Shown in pieces: positions 30,248-46,746 of a stretch of DNA of 64,000 nt. This DNA comes from the human T2T-CHM13v2.0 reference genome, Homo sapiens: assembly GCF_009914755.1 (NCBI RefSeq), contig NC_060947.1. The stretch is one strand, 5' to 3'. How positions within the stretch are numbered: position 1 is the first letter of the stretch; each line of letters starts with the position of its first letter. A program made the position numbers and the translations under genes. The notes under the pieces were generated by a model that worked only from the letters and a program-made list of their open reading frames with translations, had not been told where the DNA came from and ran no database searches.

Positions 30248-31349
30248 CAACTTTCCAATTTTATTTACGCTCCCCCACACTTTTGTGATGTTAGCATGCA
30301 AGACAGAAAGCCACATAATTAGGATCTCAATACAATGTCCAGGTTTTAGGAGTTTTGCTTAATTAGGTGATGCCAAGGGAAGTTAGAAAAATGATTTCGG
30401 AGAAAATTGAAGGTGTATCAAAGGTGAATCACTATCTTTCACTACATATATATATCTCTCCACAAAGTGGTACAAGTTGCACTGCCACAGACCTGTCACA
30501 TTAGGCAAGATATTTCACCACTCAGGGCTCCAGTTTAATCATCTACAAAAAGAAGAATGTTGAAACCTTAAATTTCCTTCCAATTTACATTTCTTTGAGC
30601 CTATGAAACATGATTAAAAACATGAAAAATGATTCAAGAAATTTTCAACTTTATTAAAGGACAACATCTATCAGAAAAAATTGAAGAGCCTCAGTTGTCA
30701 TGCATGATTAAATAAGAGTTGGTGAAACTATTCTGAAAACCATATATGATGTGGTAAAGTTATTTTTGCTGTATCCTTTCCCAACTACATAAACTTAAAC
30801 TTTGATTATTCATCTCTAAGACTGCAGTCCTCCCCGCCCCCCGCCAAGTTTACCTAAAGTTTATAGGTATGTTTTGGTCTCAACAACTCAGTGAGAGTCA
30901 TTAAATTTATCTTTTCTCTCTTATTCCTACTCTAATAAGAGATTAAATTAGGGACTAAGCTGAGAGCTCAGACTAAACCCTTGTGGCTGTTTTCAAGGTC
31001 AATTAACTCCTCATGGTTAGGAATAGTTACATGTTGACAGCCGGTTTATAGAAAACCTTGGAGGATATCCATACCCATTGTCGGTAAAAGGAGGGCAGAC
31101 CCAGCCTTTCTTTCCTCCCACGCCCTAGGTTCACACGGGGAAAGCGACAGGCCCTTTAACTTAAGTCTCGGCCAGGGAGAAGCCACCTTTATTGTGAAAT
31201 TTGCGGTTTCACATTTTCCTACAAAGTCCCGACATCTGGGGTCAGCCTAGGCAAAATAATCACTATAATTGATCATGTTAAATTCAAGAACCGAGACACG
31301 AATTGTCCCGTTATACGCAAAATGACGAATGTGAACATTCTTATATTCT

Positions 31350-31800
31350 TAGCACAGTGGGAACGCCAGCCAATCAGCTGACTCCAGCAGCAACGGCCCA
31401 CTCGCTGCTCTCCTCACAGGCCCAGGTGGGTGGGGCAAGCCGCTCTCCGTAATTGGTTCTACGCCAGCGTCGTCGCGCGCGCCACCTCCCGCCACCGAGC
31501 CTCCCGCCACCTCTAGCCAATCAGGCTTCAGCTGAGTGCGTTGCTCCGCCCAGCCGCCCCTCTGGGTCTGCGCGGAAGCGCATGCGTGGGGTGGAGTCAG
31601 CTTCTTTGAATTCCGGAGGCGGCATTCGGTGGTCAGAGGCCTGTGCGGCTGCAGGTAGAGTGTCTTAGGTGAGGAGGTACTTTTAAGCACCGCGCGAAAT
31701 GGGGGCGAAGAGAATTTTTTTACTTTTGAGGGTGGGACTATCCTGCAAGGTGTGACTGCGGTCGGGTTTTCCGTAGCCAGTTTCGCACCAGGGATCCTTG
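31350..31800 (+). promoter_or_regulatory. CENPI: CENPI CpG-rich cell-cycle promoter
   Basis: CpG-dense. CCAAT boxes at 31370-31374, 31452-31456 (ATTGG) and 31517-31521; GC box 31546-31551; ETS core CGGAAG 31573-31578; NRF1-like GCGCATGCG 31578-31586; CHR TTTGAA 31605-31610; E2F site TTTCGCGC on the minus strand at 31692-31699. Confidence 0.85.
31600..31668 (+). other. CENPI: CENPI non-coding first exon (start approximate)
   Basis: Donor cttag|gtgagg at 31668/31669 just downstream of the CHR. A possible alternative donor cag|gtagag lies at 31654/31655. Confidence 0.6.
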
Positions 31801-31863
31801 GGAAGCGCTGGGATGGTTCAACTGGGTGGGGTCAGAAGCTGCTCCCCTGCCCTTCTTTCCTAG

Positions 31864-31959
31864 GAACCTAGGAAATAACTCGGAACCTGTAACGTCCCAC
31901 TGGTTTGGACATATTCCTCTCCTGATCTGGCCTCATCTGTTCCAGGGAGGTGGGATTGA
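31864..31959 (+). other. CENPI: Probable CENPI 5' UTR exon
   Basis: Acceptor cccctgcccttctttcctag| at 31863 and donor attga|gtaagt at 31959/31960. Confidence 0.5.
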
Positions 31960-32587
31960 GTAAGTGTCATTCCGACTATTCCTTTAGTTTTTCCTATTTG
32001 CAGCCAAAAACTTAGAAGTCATTTTTGGTTCCTCTTCCCTTTTCCCTACATCCAATTCTTTTATCACGGCCTACTTTGTCTAACTCCAAAACATTGCACG
32101 AATCCAATCATTTTCCACCTCTACACCCTAGGCCTAGTGCAGGCTACAGTCAAACCTCTTCTGGACTTCTGCGACAGCCTTTTATTTGGTTTCTTGCCGC
32201 TCCTTGACCTCTAACATTCTCGTCTCTGCACTGCAGCTAACATGATCGTCAAACACAAATCAGGTGGTATTGCTCCCCTCTCTAACCTTTCCCCCTTCCC
32301 CTATGTTTTCCCATGACATTTAAAATCCAAACTCCTTACTCTGGCCTGCAAATCCCAATATGAACTTAGTCCCTGGCTACGTTCTGACTTCATCGCTCAT
32401 TACCTTTTACCTCTTTCATTCCACTCCCTCCAGACTGATGTTACTACTGTTTCTTTTCTTTTCTCTTTTCTTTCTTTCTTTCTTTCTGTCTCTGTCTGTC
32501 TCTCTCTCTCTCCCTCCCTCCCTTTCTTTCTTTCTTTCCTTTCTTTCTTCTTTCTTTTGACAGAGTTGGGCCAGGCGTGGTGGCTCA

Positions 32588-32896
<309 letters not shown>

Positions 32897-33231
32897 TCAG
32901 CTTCCCAAAGTGCTGGGATTATAGGTGTGACCCACCTTGCCCAGCCAAGCTGCTGTTTCTTTAACACATAAAGCTCTTTTTGCTTTAAGGTCTTAGTCTT
33001 AGCATGTCTTCCTCTTCTCTCTCCATGAAATACTCTTCCACCAGATCTTCACAGGGCTGGTTCCTTCTTGGCATTCAAATCTCAGTTTAAAGGTCACCTC
33101 AGAGAGGTTTTCTCTGAACACTTATTACAAAGTTACAATGTAGCTTCCCATCTCCACTTCATTTCTATCACATCACTGTGTATTATATTCATTATTGTTT
33201 ACTTTTCTTCCTTTTTTTTTTTTTTTTTTAG

Positions 33232-33342
<111 letters not shown>

Positions 33343-33761
33343 TAGGACTACAGGCACGTGCGGCTATGCCTAGCTAATTTTTTAAATCTTAAGTAGAGAC
33401 ATTGTCTCACTGTGTTGCCCAGACTGGTCTTGAACTCCTAGGTTGAAGGGATCTTCCAGCCTCTGCCTCCCGAAGTGCTGTATTACAGGTGTGAACTACC
33501 ATGTCCAGTCTTAGTTGTATACTTATTTATTGACTCTCACCTCCCCCTTCAGTGTAAGTGTCATGAGAGCAGAGATCTTGATTGTTTTATTATTTTATCC
33601 CTGGTAACTAGACTTGTGCTTGGCAAATAGATGACATTTAGTAATTATTTATTAAGTGAATAAATGGGAATATTTGTCTCCTGAAAATGCTTAGTCTGGC
33701 CACCAGTTTGGCTTTTGAACTGTGCAGCTTTAACTTAGCACTGACAAATTTAGGAGCATAA

Positions 33762-34154
<393 letters not shown>

Positions 34155-34493
34155 TAGTTTTGGACCCACTTATATGACATAGCCATTCTAAGAGAGAACT
34201 TGCATATGTTGCCTGTACTCTTACTGGTTTTTTCCACTAGAAAGCTAGTTCAGCTGATGAATGTTACCTTGTCAGGTTGTTTCTATTTCTATTTAGGGCA
34301 AGGACTTTCTGAGAAAGTCAACCTCTAGACTTTGTTTCCTGGATTGTTGTCAACTTATTTATTGTATGCCTGTTGTATGCTAGCTATTGTATACTAAATA
34401 CTGGAAACACACCCTGTCTCTGTGGAGAAAAAAGGACTGTTTGGCTGATTAATGATAACTTAACACTTGTTTCTGTGTAGAACATATGCAGTA

Positions 34494-34719
34494 ATGTCAC
34501 CTCAAAAGAGAGTTAAGAACGTCCAGGCACAAAACAGGACTTCACAAGGTAGTAGTAGTTTTCAGACCACGCTTTCAGCCTGGAAAGTAAAACAGGATCC
34601 AAGCAACTCGAAGAACATCTCAAAACATGGACAAAACAATCCAGTGGGAGATTATGAACATGCTGATGATCAAGCTGAAGAAGATGCTTTGCAAATGGCA
34701 GTGGGATATTTTGAGAAAG
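34494..34719 (+). CDS. CENPI: CENPI coding exon 1 (exon begins 34481)
   Basis: Acceptor ttctgtgtag| at 34480. MSPQKRVKNVQAQNRTSQGSSSFQTTLSAWKVKQ...MAVGYFEK, recognised as the CENP-I N-terminus. Donor AAAG|gtaaag, 226 coding nt. Confidence 0.95.
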
Positions 34720-34908
34720 GTAAAGGTGGATTGTTTTCCTTATGAAACTCCTATTTCTGTAAAAATATTCTAGTCTTTTTTTCTTAAGAATTTTTAAAGG
34801 AAAGCATAATTTTGCTCATTCATGCTTTTGTTTATTTAATAGACATTGAGCAATTACTATATATCAGTATGCTAGGCACTAGGGACACAACAACAAAACT
34901 TACTAGCA

Positions 34909-35139
34909 GAGTGGTTCCCAAACGGCTGCATATTGGGATCACTTGAGAATCTTTTTTTCTTTTTTTTTTTCCTCCCTCTCTACCCCTTTGGCTCTGAGAA
35001 TCTTTAACAAACAAACTGATGTCAGGCATCTACTCTTAGACTTTCTGATTTTATTGGTATGGGATGCAACCTGGCATAGGGATTTTTTTTAAAGGCTTCC
35101 TAGGTGGTTCCAATGTATGGTAAAGTTTGGGAACCACTG
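34909..35139. mobile_element. MER5A-type hAT MITE
   Basis: Perfect 14-bp terminal inverted repeats agtggttcccaaac ... gtttgggaaccact. Confidence 0.85.
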
Positions 35140-35696
35140 TCCTAATATTGAAACAGGTTGTAGTCTAAGTTCAGTGCTTTTAGTTTAGAATAGGAATGTC
35201 AGGGCATAATCCAGCTTTCCTCACTGAAGTTGCTATCGCTGTTAAATATTCTTTAGTTAAAAACATCTTTGAACAGTTTTTGGGAAGACACTTCTTACAT
35301 AAACTCCTTTATTTATTTTTGGAGACGGGGTCTTGCTCTGTTGCCCAGGCTGGAGTGCAGTGGCATGATCATTGTACGTTTAACCTTTTGGGCACAAGTG
35401 ATCCTCCCATCTCAGCCTCCTGAGGAGCTGGGACCACAGGTGCGTGCCAGCATGCCCAGCTAGTTTTTAATTTTTTTGTAGAGATGGAGTCTTGTCATGT
35501 TGCCCAGGCTGGTCTCAAACTCCTGGCCTCAAGTGATCCTCTTACTTTGGCCTCCCAAAATGCTGGAATTACAGATGTGGGTCACCACGCCTGGTTATTA
35601 AGCTATTCCTTTAAAGAGTTCCAAATTCTTATTATTGAGGCCGAAGACTGAAATAATTTTAAAGGTCTCACTATTTAATATTGTTTCTTTTTTCAG

Positions 35697-35834
35697 GTCC
35701 CATTAAAGCTTCACAGAATAAAGATAAAACCTTGGAAAAACACTTGAAAACTGTGGAAAATGTGGCTTGGAAGAATGGGTTAGCTTCAGAAGAAATTGAT
35801 ATTCTATTAAATATTGCACTCAGTGGCAAATTTG
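35697..35834 (+). CDS. CENPI: CENPI coding exon 2
   Basis: tttcag|GT CCC ATT. GPIKASQNKDKTLEKHLKTVENVAWKNGLASEEIDILLNIALSGKF. Donor G|gtatgt, 138 nt, phase 1-1. Confidence 0.95.
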
Positions 35835-35876
35835 GTATGTTGAGGAAATGCTTTTTTTTTCTTTTAACTCACCTAG

Positions 35877-36296
<420 letters not shown>

Positions 36297-36792
36297 TAGT
36301 AGGGACGGGTTTTTGCTGTGTTAGCCAAGATGGTCTCCATCTCCTGACCTCGTGATCCGCCTGCCTCGGCCTCCCAAAGTGCTGGGATTACAGGTGTGAG
36401 CCACCGTGCCTGGCCGAGGGGATTTTTTTTTCTTTTGGGAGACTGGGTCTCACTCCATCGCCCAGGCTGGAGTGCAGTGGCGCAATCTCAGCTCACTGCA
36501 ACCTCCACTTTCCGGGTTCAAGCAGTTCTCTGCCTCAGCCTCCCGAGTAGCTGGGATTACAGGTGCCTGCCACCACGCCCGGCTAATGTTTTTGTATTTT
36601 TAGTAGAGACAGGGTTTCACCATCTTGGGCAGACTGGTCTTGAACTCCTGACCTCGTGATCCACCCGCCTCGGCCTCCCAAAGTGCTGGGATTACAGGTG
36701 TGAGCCACTGCGCCCAGCCTGGGATGCTTTTGTCATCACTTTGCTGTTAGTTTTTCCTTTTAGACTTTGTTTATTTATTTTTTTGAGACTGA

Positions 36793-36891
<99 letters not shown>

Positions 36892-37370
36892 TGAGTAGCT
36901 GGGATTACAGGCATGCGCCACCACGCCTGACTAGTTTTGTATTTTTAGTGGAGATGGGGTTTCTCCATGTTGGTCGGGTTGGTCTCGAACTCCCGACCTC
37001 AGGTGATCCGCCCACCTCGGCCTTCCAAAGTGCTGGGATTACAGGCGTGACCCACTGTGTCCGACCTTCCTTTTAGACTTTGAATTACATTGTTCATTGG
37101 AATTAGTTGCAGTTTTTTATGTTTACTGTTCTCTTCATAAGACCAATCTGTTAAGATTATAAAATGGGTTTTTTTGTGTGTGTGTTTGGGCCAAAAGTTT
37201 CTGTGTGCATATGCCAAAAATAACCAGTTACCATATATCATCACAGATAAAATGCAAAATACATACTTTTGTCACCAAATACATGAGAACCATTTTTTAG
37301 TATTTATCTTAAGAAGCATACGTAGTAATTTAAACAATGTTGCTGGAAGGCATCTTAAAAGATCACTTAG

Positions 37371-37636
<266 letters not shown>

Positions 37637-38819
37637 TGATCCACCCGCCTTGGCCTCCCTAAGTGCTAGGATTACAGGCGTGAGCCAGTGTGCCCAGCTA
37701 AGATGCTTTTTCTTTTGTGCAAATATCTTTTCCTGTTCTAAATTCATTGGTGGTGGTTGGGATGGTTGGAAGAGGTTCTTAGAAATAACACCTGGTCAAT
37801 ATTTTATTTACTTGAACCTTTTAAGTTTTTCTCATTTAAATTCAGACTTGGAAGATATTTTAGACTCTAAACACTCTCATTTAAAGGTGAGGAAAAAGAG
37901 GCTCAGAGTAGTTAAAGAGACTTGCTTAAAGATGTCCAAACTCCCATTCTAGTGCTTATACTGTACCACATTGCTGCTTTTTTTCCTACTTAAAAAAAAG
38001 TTAAGGCTGGGTATAGTGGCTCATGCCTATAATCCCAGCACTTTGAGGGGCCAAGGCAGGATGATTGCTTGAAGCCAGATTTGAGACCAGCCTGGGCAAC
38101 AAAGCGAAACCTTGTCTACAAAATGTTAAAAAAAAATTAGCTAGGTGCAGTGGCATGTGCCTGTAGTCCCAGCTACTTGGGAGTCTGAGGCAAGAGAATC
38201 ACTTGAGCCCAGGAGTTTGAGCTATGATGGTGCCACTGTACTCCAGTGTGGGCCACAGAGCAAGACCCTGTCTCTGGGAAAAAAAAAAAAAAAGAAAAAT
38301 TAAGACAGCTCTCAAAACCAAATGCTTTATATACTAAGTATTTCCTGGCTGTTGCATGTTAGATTCCTTTGTTTATACCCTAGCAGCATACTTGCAGGGG
38401 TGTGTGTGTATTTATTTTAAAGTAACAACACATTACTAACTGAATTCAACATATGACTGTCAAGTATTTTATTTCTCTATTTTTATCTGATTAGTTCTCT
38501 GTTTCCCTAGAAAGTTAAATTAGACCTAATAAAATTGGCTTTTTTCTTGTAGATGGTTTTAGATTATTTGGTTCTAATATCTTTCCAGGAATCCATGTTT
38601 AACTGAACAATGTCTGTCAAGATCAATTCTCCCACTCCCATCTCACCTTAAAACATATATGGAGTAGGGGCCGGGTGCAGTGGCTCACGCCTGTAACCCC
38701 AACACTTTGGGAGGCCGAGGTGGGCGGATCACGAGATCAGGAGATCGAGACCATCCTGGCTAACATGGTGAAACCCCGTCTCTCCTAAAAATACAAAAAA
38801 TTAGCCGGGCGTGGTGTCA

Positions 38820-38996
<177 letters not shown>

Positions 38997-39861
38997 CTAT
39001 TTTAGAAATTTTTTTTTCGTGACAGAGTCTCGCTGTGTTGTCCAGACTGCAGTGCAGTGGTATGATCATGGTTCACTGCAGCCTTGACCTTCTGGACTCA
39101 AGCAATCCTCCCATCTCAGACTCCCAAGTAGATGGGACTACAGGTGCGTGCCACTGCACCCAGCCTCCTTTTGATATCTCAGAAATTAATGATTAGGTTA
39201 TCTTGATGTCTGCTAGGACTTGAGGTGTCTCAAAATGCATGCCTCAGACTCGGGAAACTTTTATATAGCAAGTTAAAAAATAATCTCTGGCTTTCTATTG
39301 TTACTTTTCATTTTTTTTTTCTGTTAAGCTGGAATTTGCTGAGGTCAAATGTGGCCTCCTTAATTCCTTTTCTCCCTTTTATTATAGTTATTTCTGTGAT
39401 GTCCCCATCCCTACTAGATCTTTACATGCAGCTCTTTTGGTAAGTTGAGATGTATATTTAGAGGCAGGTATGGTAGAAATGTCATCATAATTAGGTACAA
39501 AGGGACTTTAGACTCTTTAAAAATTAAGTCACTTGGAAGTAAAAATAGAATTAATATTGAATTCTCCCTTTGAATTTGGTGCACATGTAATATGTTGGTG
39601 GTGAGACTATTTTAAATTTCGAAGAGTTAGTGGATGGGAGTGAGAAAGAAAACAAGAAAAACAAGAAACCACAAGAGTGGAAAGCAGAGATTTTTATTTT
39701 TGTGATTCATTACCTATCATCACTGCTTCCTTTCTTCTCCACAGAATGATAGTGTAGAAAGTGATGAGATATATTCTAATTCTTGAAGCCTTAATTAACA
39801 GAAATTGAGATAGGATATATTCAAAGCCAGTCTCTATGACATCTTTTTTTTTTTTTTTTGA

Positions 39862-39966
<105 letters not shown>

Positions 39967-40754
39967 TGAGTAGCTGGGATTACAGGTGCCCGCCACCATG
40001 CCCAGCTAAGTTTTGTATTTTTAGTAGAGATGGGGTTTCACCACGTTGGCCAGGCTGGTCTCGAACTCCTGACCTCAGGTGATCTCTGTGACATCATTTC
40101 TATTACCAGATGGGAGAACACCATAGAGGCCTGAGATCAAGTGGAAAGATTGGACTAGTGTAGAATGGTATTACTGCCAGCCAATTCCAAGAATATCTTG
40201 TTCTAGGCCAGTCACAGTGGCTCATGCCTGTAATCCCAGCACTTTGGGAGGCCAAGGTGGGCAGATCCCTTGAGCCCAGGATGTGAGACCAGCCTGGGCA
40301 ACATAGTGAGACCTTGTCTTTGCTAAAAATAAAAAACTTAACCAGGTATGGTGGCACGTGCCTGTAGTCCCAGCTACTCTGGAGGCTGAGGTGGGAGGAT
40401 TGCTTGAGCCCAGGAATTTGAGGTTGTTATGAGCTATGATTGCACCACTGCACTCCAGCCTGGGTGACAGAGTCAGACCCTGTCTCAAAAAAAAAAAAAA
40501 AAAAAAGAATATCTGTTCTCTTCTGCTACTCTCCCCACTTTTTTGGGGTGAGTGGATGGTACAAATATATATATTTTTAATTTTATATTTATGTTTTTAT
40601 TTCTGGTTCACATTCTCTCATGAACAAATACATTCTTAAATGTAACACCTCATGCAAAGTGTCCGTCAGTAGCTTTAAATAAATCAGTCTATTAGGCCAT
40701 TAAAAAAAAATCTTTGAAATTTCCCTGTGATTGAAAGCTTTTTTGGAGGTATAA

Positions 40755-41109
<355 letters not shown>

Positions 41110-41133
41110 TGAGATGGAGTTTCACTCTTGTAG

Positions 41134-41322
<189 letters not shown>

Positions 41323-41449
41323 TGAGCCACCACACCTGGCCTAATTTTGTATTTTTTTTATTAGAGATGGGGTTTCATCACCTTGGCCAGGCTGGTCTTG
41401 AACTCCTGACCTCAGGTGATCTGCCTGCCTCAGCCTCCCAAAGTGCTAG

Positions 41450-41713
<264 letters not shown>

Positions 41714-42042
41714 TAATCTCAAACTCCTAGGCTCAAGCAGTCCTCCGGCCTCAGCCTCCCAGGAGGCACCACCATGCCCAGCTAATCTTTTTTTTTTTCC
41801 CATAGAGACGGGGTCCTGCTATGTTGCCCAGGCTGGTCTCAAACTCCTGGGCTCAAGTGATCCATCTGCTTCAGCATCCCAAAGTGCTTAGATTATAGGC
41901 ATGTGTCACCACGCTCGGCCCCAAATTCAGCATTTTTTTAAAGCATAGTCACAGAGTTGTGTAATCATCACCACTATCTAATTCTTGAACATTTTCATCA
42001 CCCCAAGAAGAAACCCTGTACTCATTTATATTTTTTAAATAG

Positions 42043-42204
<162 letters not shown>

Positions 42205-42897
42205 TGACTACAGGCTTGCCCCACCACCCTTGGCTAATTTTTGTATTTTTAGTAGATAACGGGGTTTTGTCATGTTGCCCAGGCTAGTCTTGACCTCCTG
42301 GGCTCAAGTGATCCGCTTGCCTCGGCCTCCCAAAGTGTTAGGATTATAGGCATGAGCCACTGTGCCTAACTATTGCCTTATTGTATATTAGTAGTTAAAG
42401 GTACATTTTTGTTTTGAACAATTTATTAATAATGATAAGAGATACTGAATTTTACATACTGTTGGTTTTTATTGCCTTCAATATAACGTGAGGTGTGGTG
42501 TTTTTTTTTTTTTTTTTTTTTTTGAGATGGAGTTTTGGTCTTGTTGTCCAGGCTGGAGTGCATGGCGTGATCTTGGCTCACCGCAACCTCTGCCTCCTGG
42601 GTTCAAGCGATTCTCCTGCCTCAGCCTCCCGAGTAGCTGGGATTACAGGCATGCTCCACCACGCCCAGCTAATTTTTATATTTTTAGTAGAGATAGGGTT
42701 TCTCCATGTTGGTCGGGCTGGTCTTGAACTCCCAACTTCAGGTGATCTGCCCACCATGGCCTCCCAAAGTGCTGGGATTACAGGCATGAGCTGCCGCGCC
42801 CAGCCTAATGTGAGATTTTTAGATCCAAGAGTGAATAATAGTAAAAGAACAATCGAGACACTAAAATGTAGTTTAATTTAGCTTGTCTCCTTTCCAG

Positions 42898-43016
42898 GAA
42901 ATGCTGTAAACACACGGATATTGAAGTGCATGATCCCAGCAACAGTAATATCAGAAGATTCTGTGGTTAAGGCAGTCTCCTGGCTTTGTGTTGGCAAGTG
43001 TTCTGGTAGCACCAAG
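42898..43016 (+). CDS. CENPI: CENPI coding exon 3
   Basis: tttccag|GA AAT. GNAVNTRILKCMIPATVISEDSVVKAVSWLCVGKCSGSTK. Donor AAG|gtaatc, 119 nt. Confidence 0.95.
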
Positions 43017-43315
43017 GTAATCTTTTTAAACACTTTGATGATAAGTCCTTCAGAACCACTTAAGGGCTGGCAAGGAAGAGCCACTTATGAAGTAATGGCA
43101 TTGGCCTTTTGTGCAAAGCCTGTAGTTTTGGAACAATATATCTTGATGCAAGGACTATGTTCAAACAGAAATTTTTACTGAGAAATAAAATCTATTATTC
43201 TACTTTGTGCCTGAAGCTTCTAAAATAGCCCTGGTGGCGGGGGACGGGGGGCGGAATTAAACTCTTCTGTACCAGTTATATTTCTTTAAAGATAAGTATT
43301 TTGTCTCTTCAATAG

Positions 43316-43423
43316 GTACTTTTTTATCGTTGGCTGGTTGCAATGTTTGACTTCATTGATCGTAAGGAGCAAATTAACTTGCTCTATGGCTTCTTTTTTG
43401 CTTCATTGCAAGATGATGCACTG
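43316..43423 (+). CDS. CENPI: CENPI coding exon 4
   Basis: caatag|GTA CTT. VLFYRWLVAMFDFIDRKEQINLLYGFFFASLQDDAL. Donor CTG|gtaagt, 108 nt. Confidence 0.95.
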
Positions 43424-44710
43424 GTAAGTAAAAATTGGACAGCATTAGGCATCAATCAAATAGTACATGTGTGTATATTGATGCACCATATATGCTTCAG
43501 TGTGCTACACAATATGTTTTTCCTTATTTTAAAAATATATCAAACATATAGAAATGTACCAAGATAACGTAGACATATCAAATATACAGAAAAGGGCAAA
43601 TAATAACATTCTATTTTGCACCTGTCTCTCAGATTAACAAATAGAAAATTTTTATCGTATTTACTTTATGTCTTCTTTTAAGGAAATAAAAATGTTACAG
43701 ATAAAGTTGATTCCACGTTGGAGTCTTGTTTGCTGATCTGGAGCACTCATTGCCATCTTTTCCCTTTTAAACCACTTCAACAGAGTCCTTTGAGTCATTT
43801 ACTCTACATTTTCTTGATTAACACTGCAAAAGCCTCATCAGAATTAATGAGAAGGAGAGGATTACTTTTCATGAGTGCCAATGGAGTGATTTTGATTAAA
43901 TAGCATAATTATTTCTCTTAAAAACATTAATAACTTTAAGAAATCAATCTACTGTCCACCTGGAAGACTTTCAAGGACCATCAGTAGTTCACAGACCATG
44001 TGAATCACTCATCTAACTGTATTGCTCTTGCCTTTGGGAAGGGAATTCATTTATTGATTTTATTTTTTAAAAATGATGTTTCCAGTGTGTTCATTGCATT
44101 GTCCTAGCCACTGTAGAAGATTCAAAGTTTAGCATAGGGTTTCTATATTCCACGAACTTGAAATCTCATTGGGGAATTAAGGAAATCACATAAATTATCA
44201 AAAACAGTATATGATAGTTTGAGGATAATAATTGCTGTAATATTTCCAGGAAGGAAGAAAGCACTGTAAATCAAAATGATTAGTTAAAACACCATAAAGT
44301 ATGTGGGTGTTGAGCTGGGCCTTACAGGTTGAATAGGATTTGGGATTTGATGACAGAAAGTGATACTTGATATGATGGGAATATTTCAAGCAAAGTTGTG
44401 AGGTGTGTAAATTGTGTTTTAGGAGACCTTAAATAGACCAGCCTGACCTAATTAGAGGTGGTGTTAGGTGGTAAGCCTGAAAAAGTTGGGTGAGGACAGA
44501 TTGTAGAGGTCTTCCAATGTGATGCTAAGGAATTGGAACTTTATTCAGTGGGGAAATCACTGAAAATTTTTGGCTAGAATATGTTGAAAGCAGCTTTGTA
44601 GGAAGCTATATCTAGTAGTTCCCAACAATGTGAATTAAGAGAGAGGCTGAAGGCAGGAATACTAGTTAGGAAGCTGACATGATAATCTAGGTATAACATG
44701 ATGTCCTAGA

Positions 44711-46145
<1,435 letters not shown>

Positions 46146-46705
46146 GGCTGTGAGTTGGAGGCAGCAGTGAGCCTCAGGTGATCCACCCGCCTCGGGTTCC
46201 CAACGTGCTGGGATTACAGGTGTGAGCTACCACACTGGCCAAGGGGTCCTCTAATTTTTTTTTTTTTTGGGACGGAGTCTCACTCTGTTGCCGTGCCCGG
46301 CTGAGAATTAGTTTATTTACCTTGGTGTAGTGATTATTGATATAGTAGAAATAAATTCAGATATCTTATTTTGAGATATTCTAAATAAGCTTTTTTTTTT
46401 TCTAAGTGTTCTCTATCCTCCTTTTTTTGGATTGACCGTAGTTTCTTTCCTATTCTTGTTTGGAAGTCACCTAAGTGTTTTCGTACCTACTTAACATGCA
46501 TACTTTAAGTCTAAAAGTGACTGGCATCTGTACCTTTATCTTATAGGATACAAAAACCTTAGGATGCTTTAACTCTTTTTTTCTTTTTCTTTTTTTTCTC
46601 TTCTTGTCATATGGTGCTGAAGAATGCTTTAACTCTCATCATACTGCTCCTGGCTTATATGCTGTTGTTGTCTGGTTTTAGTTTTACCTTGTTTTTCTCC
46701 ATCCC

Positions 46706-46709
<4 letters not shown>

Positions 46710-46741
<32 letters not shown>
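46710..46741 (+). repeat. (AC)n microsatellite
   Basis: About 16 units. Confidence 0.95.

Positions 46742-46746
<5 letters not shown>

Noticed and set aside
31349-31690. 113-aa antisense ORF across the CENPI promoter
   Set aside because: Stop-poor frames are expected in GC-rich CpG islands. No recognisable protein.
39722-39800. Strong-looking acceptor (cttcctttcttctccacag|) giving an immediate stop, plus a GTGATGA C-box-like motif
   Set aside because: No convincing downstream donor for a poison exon, and no D box or terminal stem for a snoRNA.
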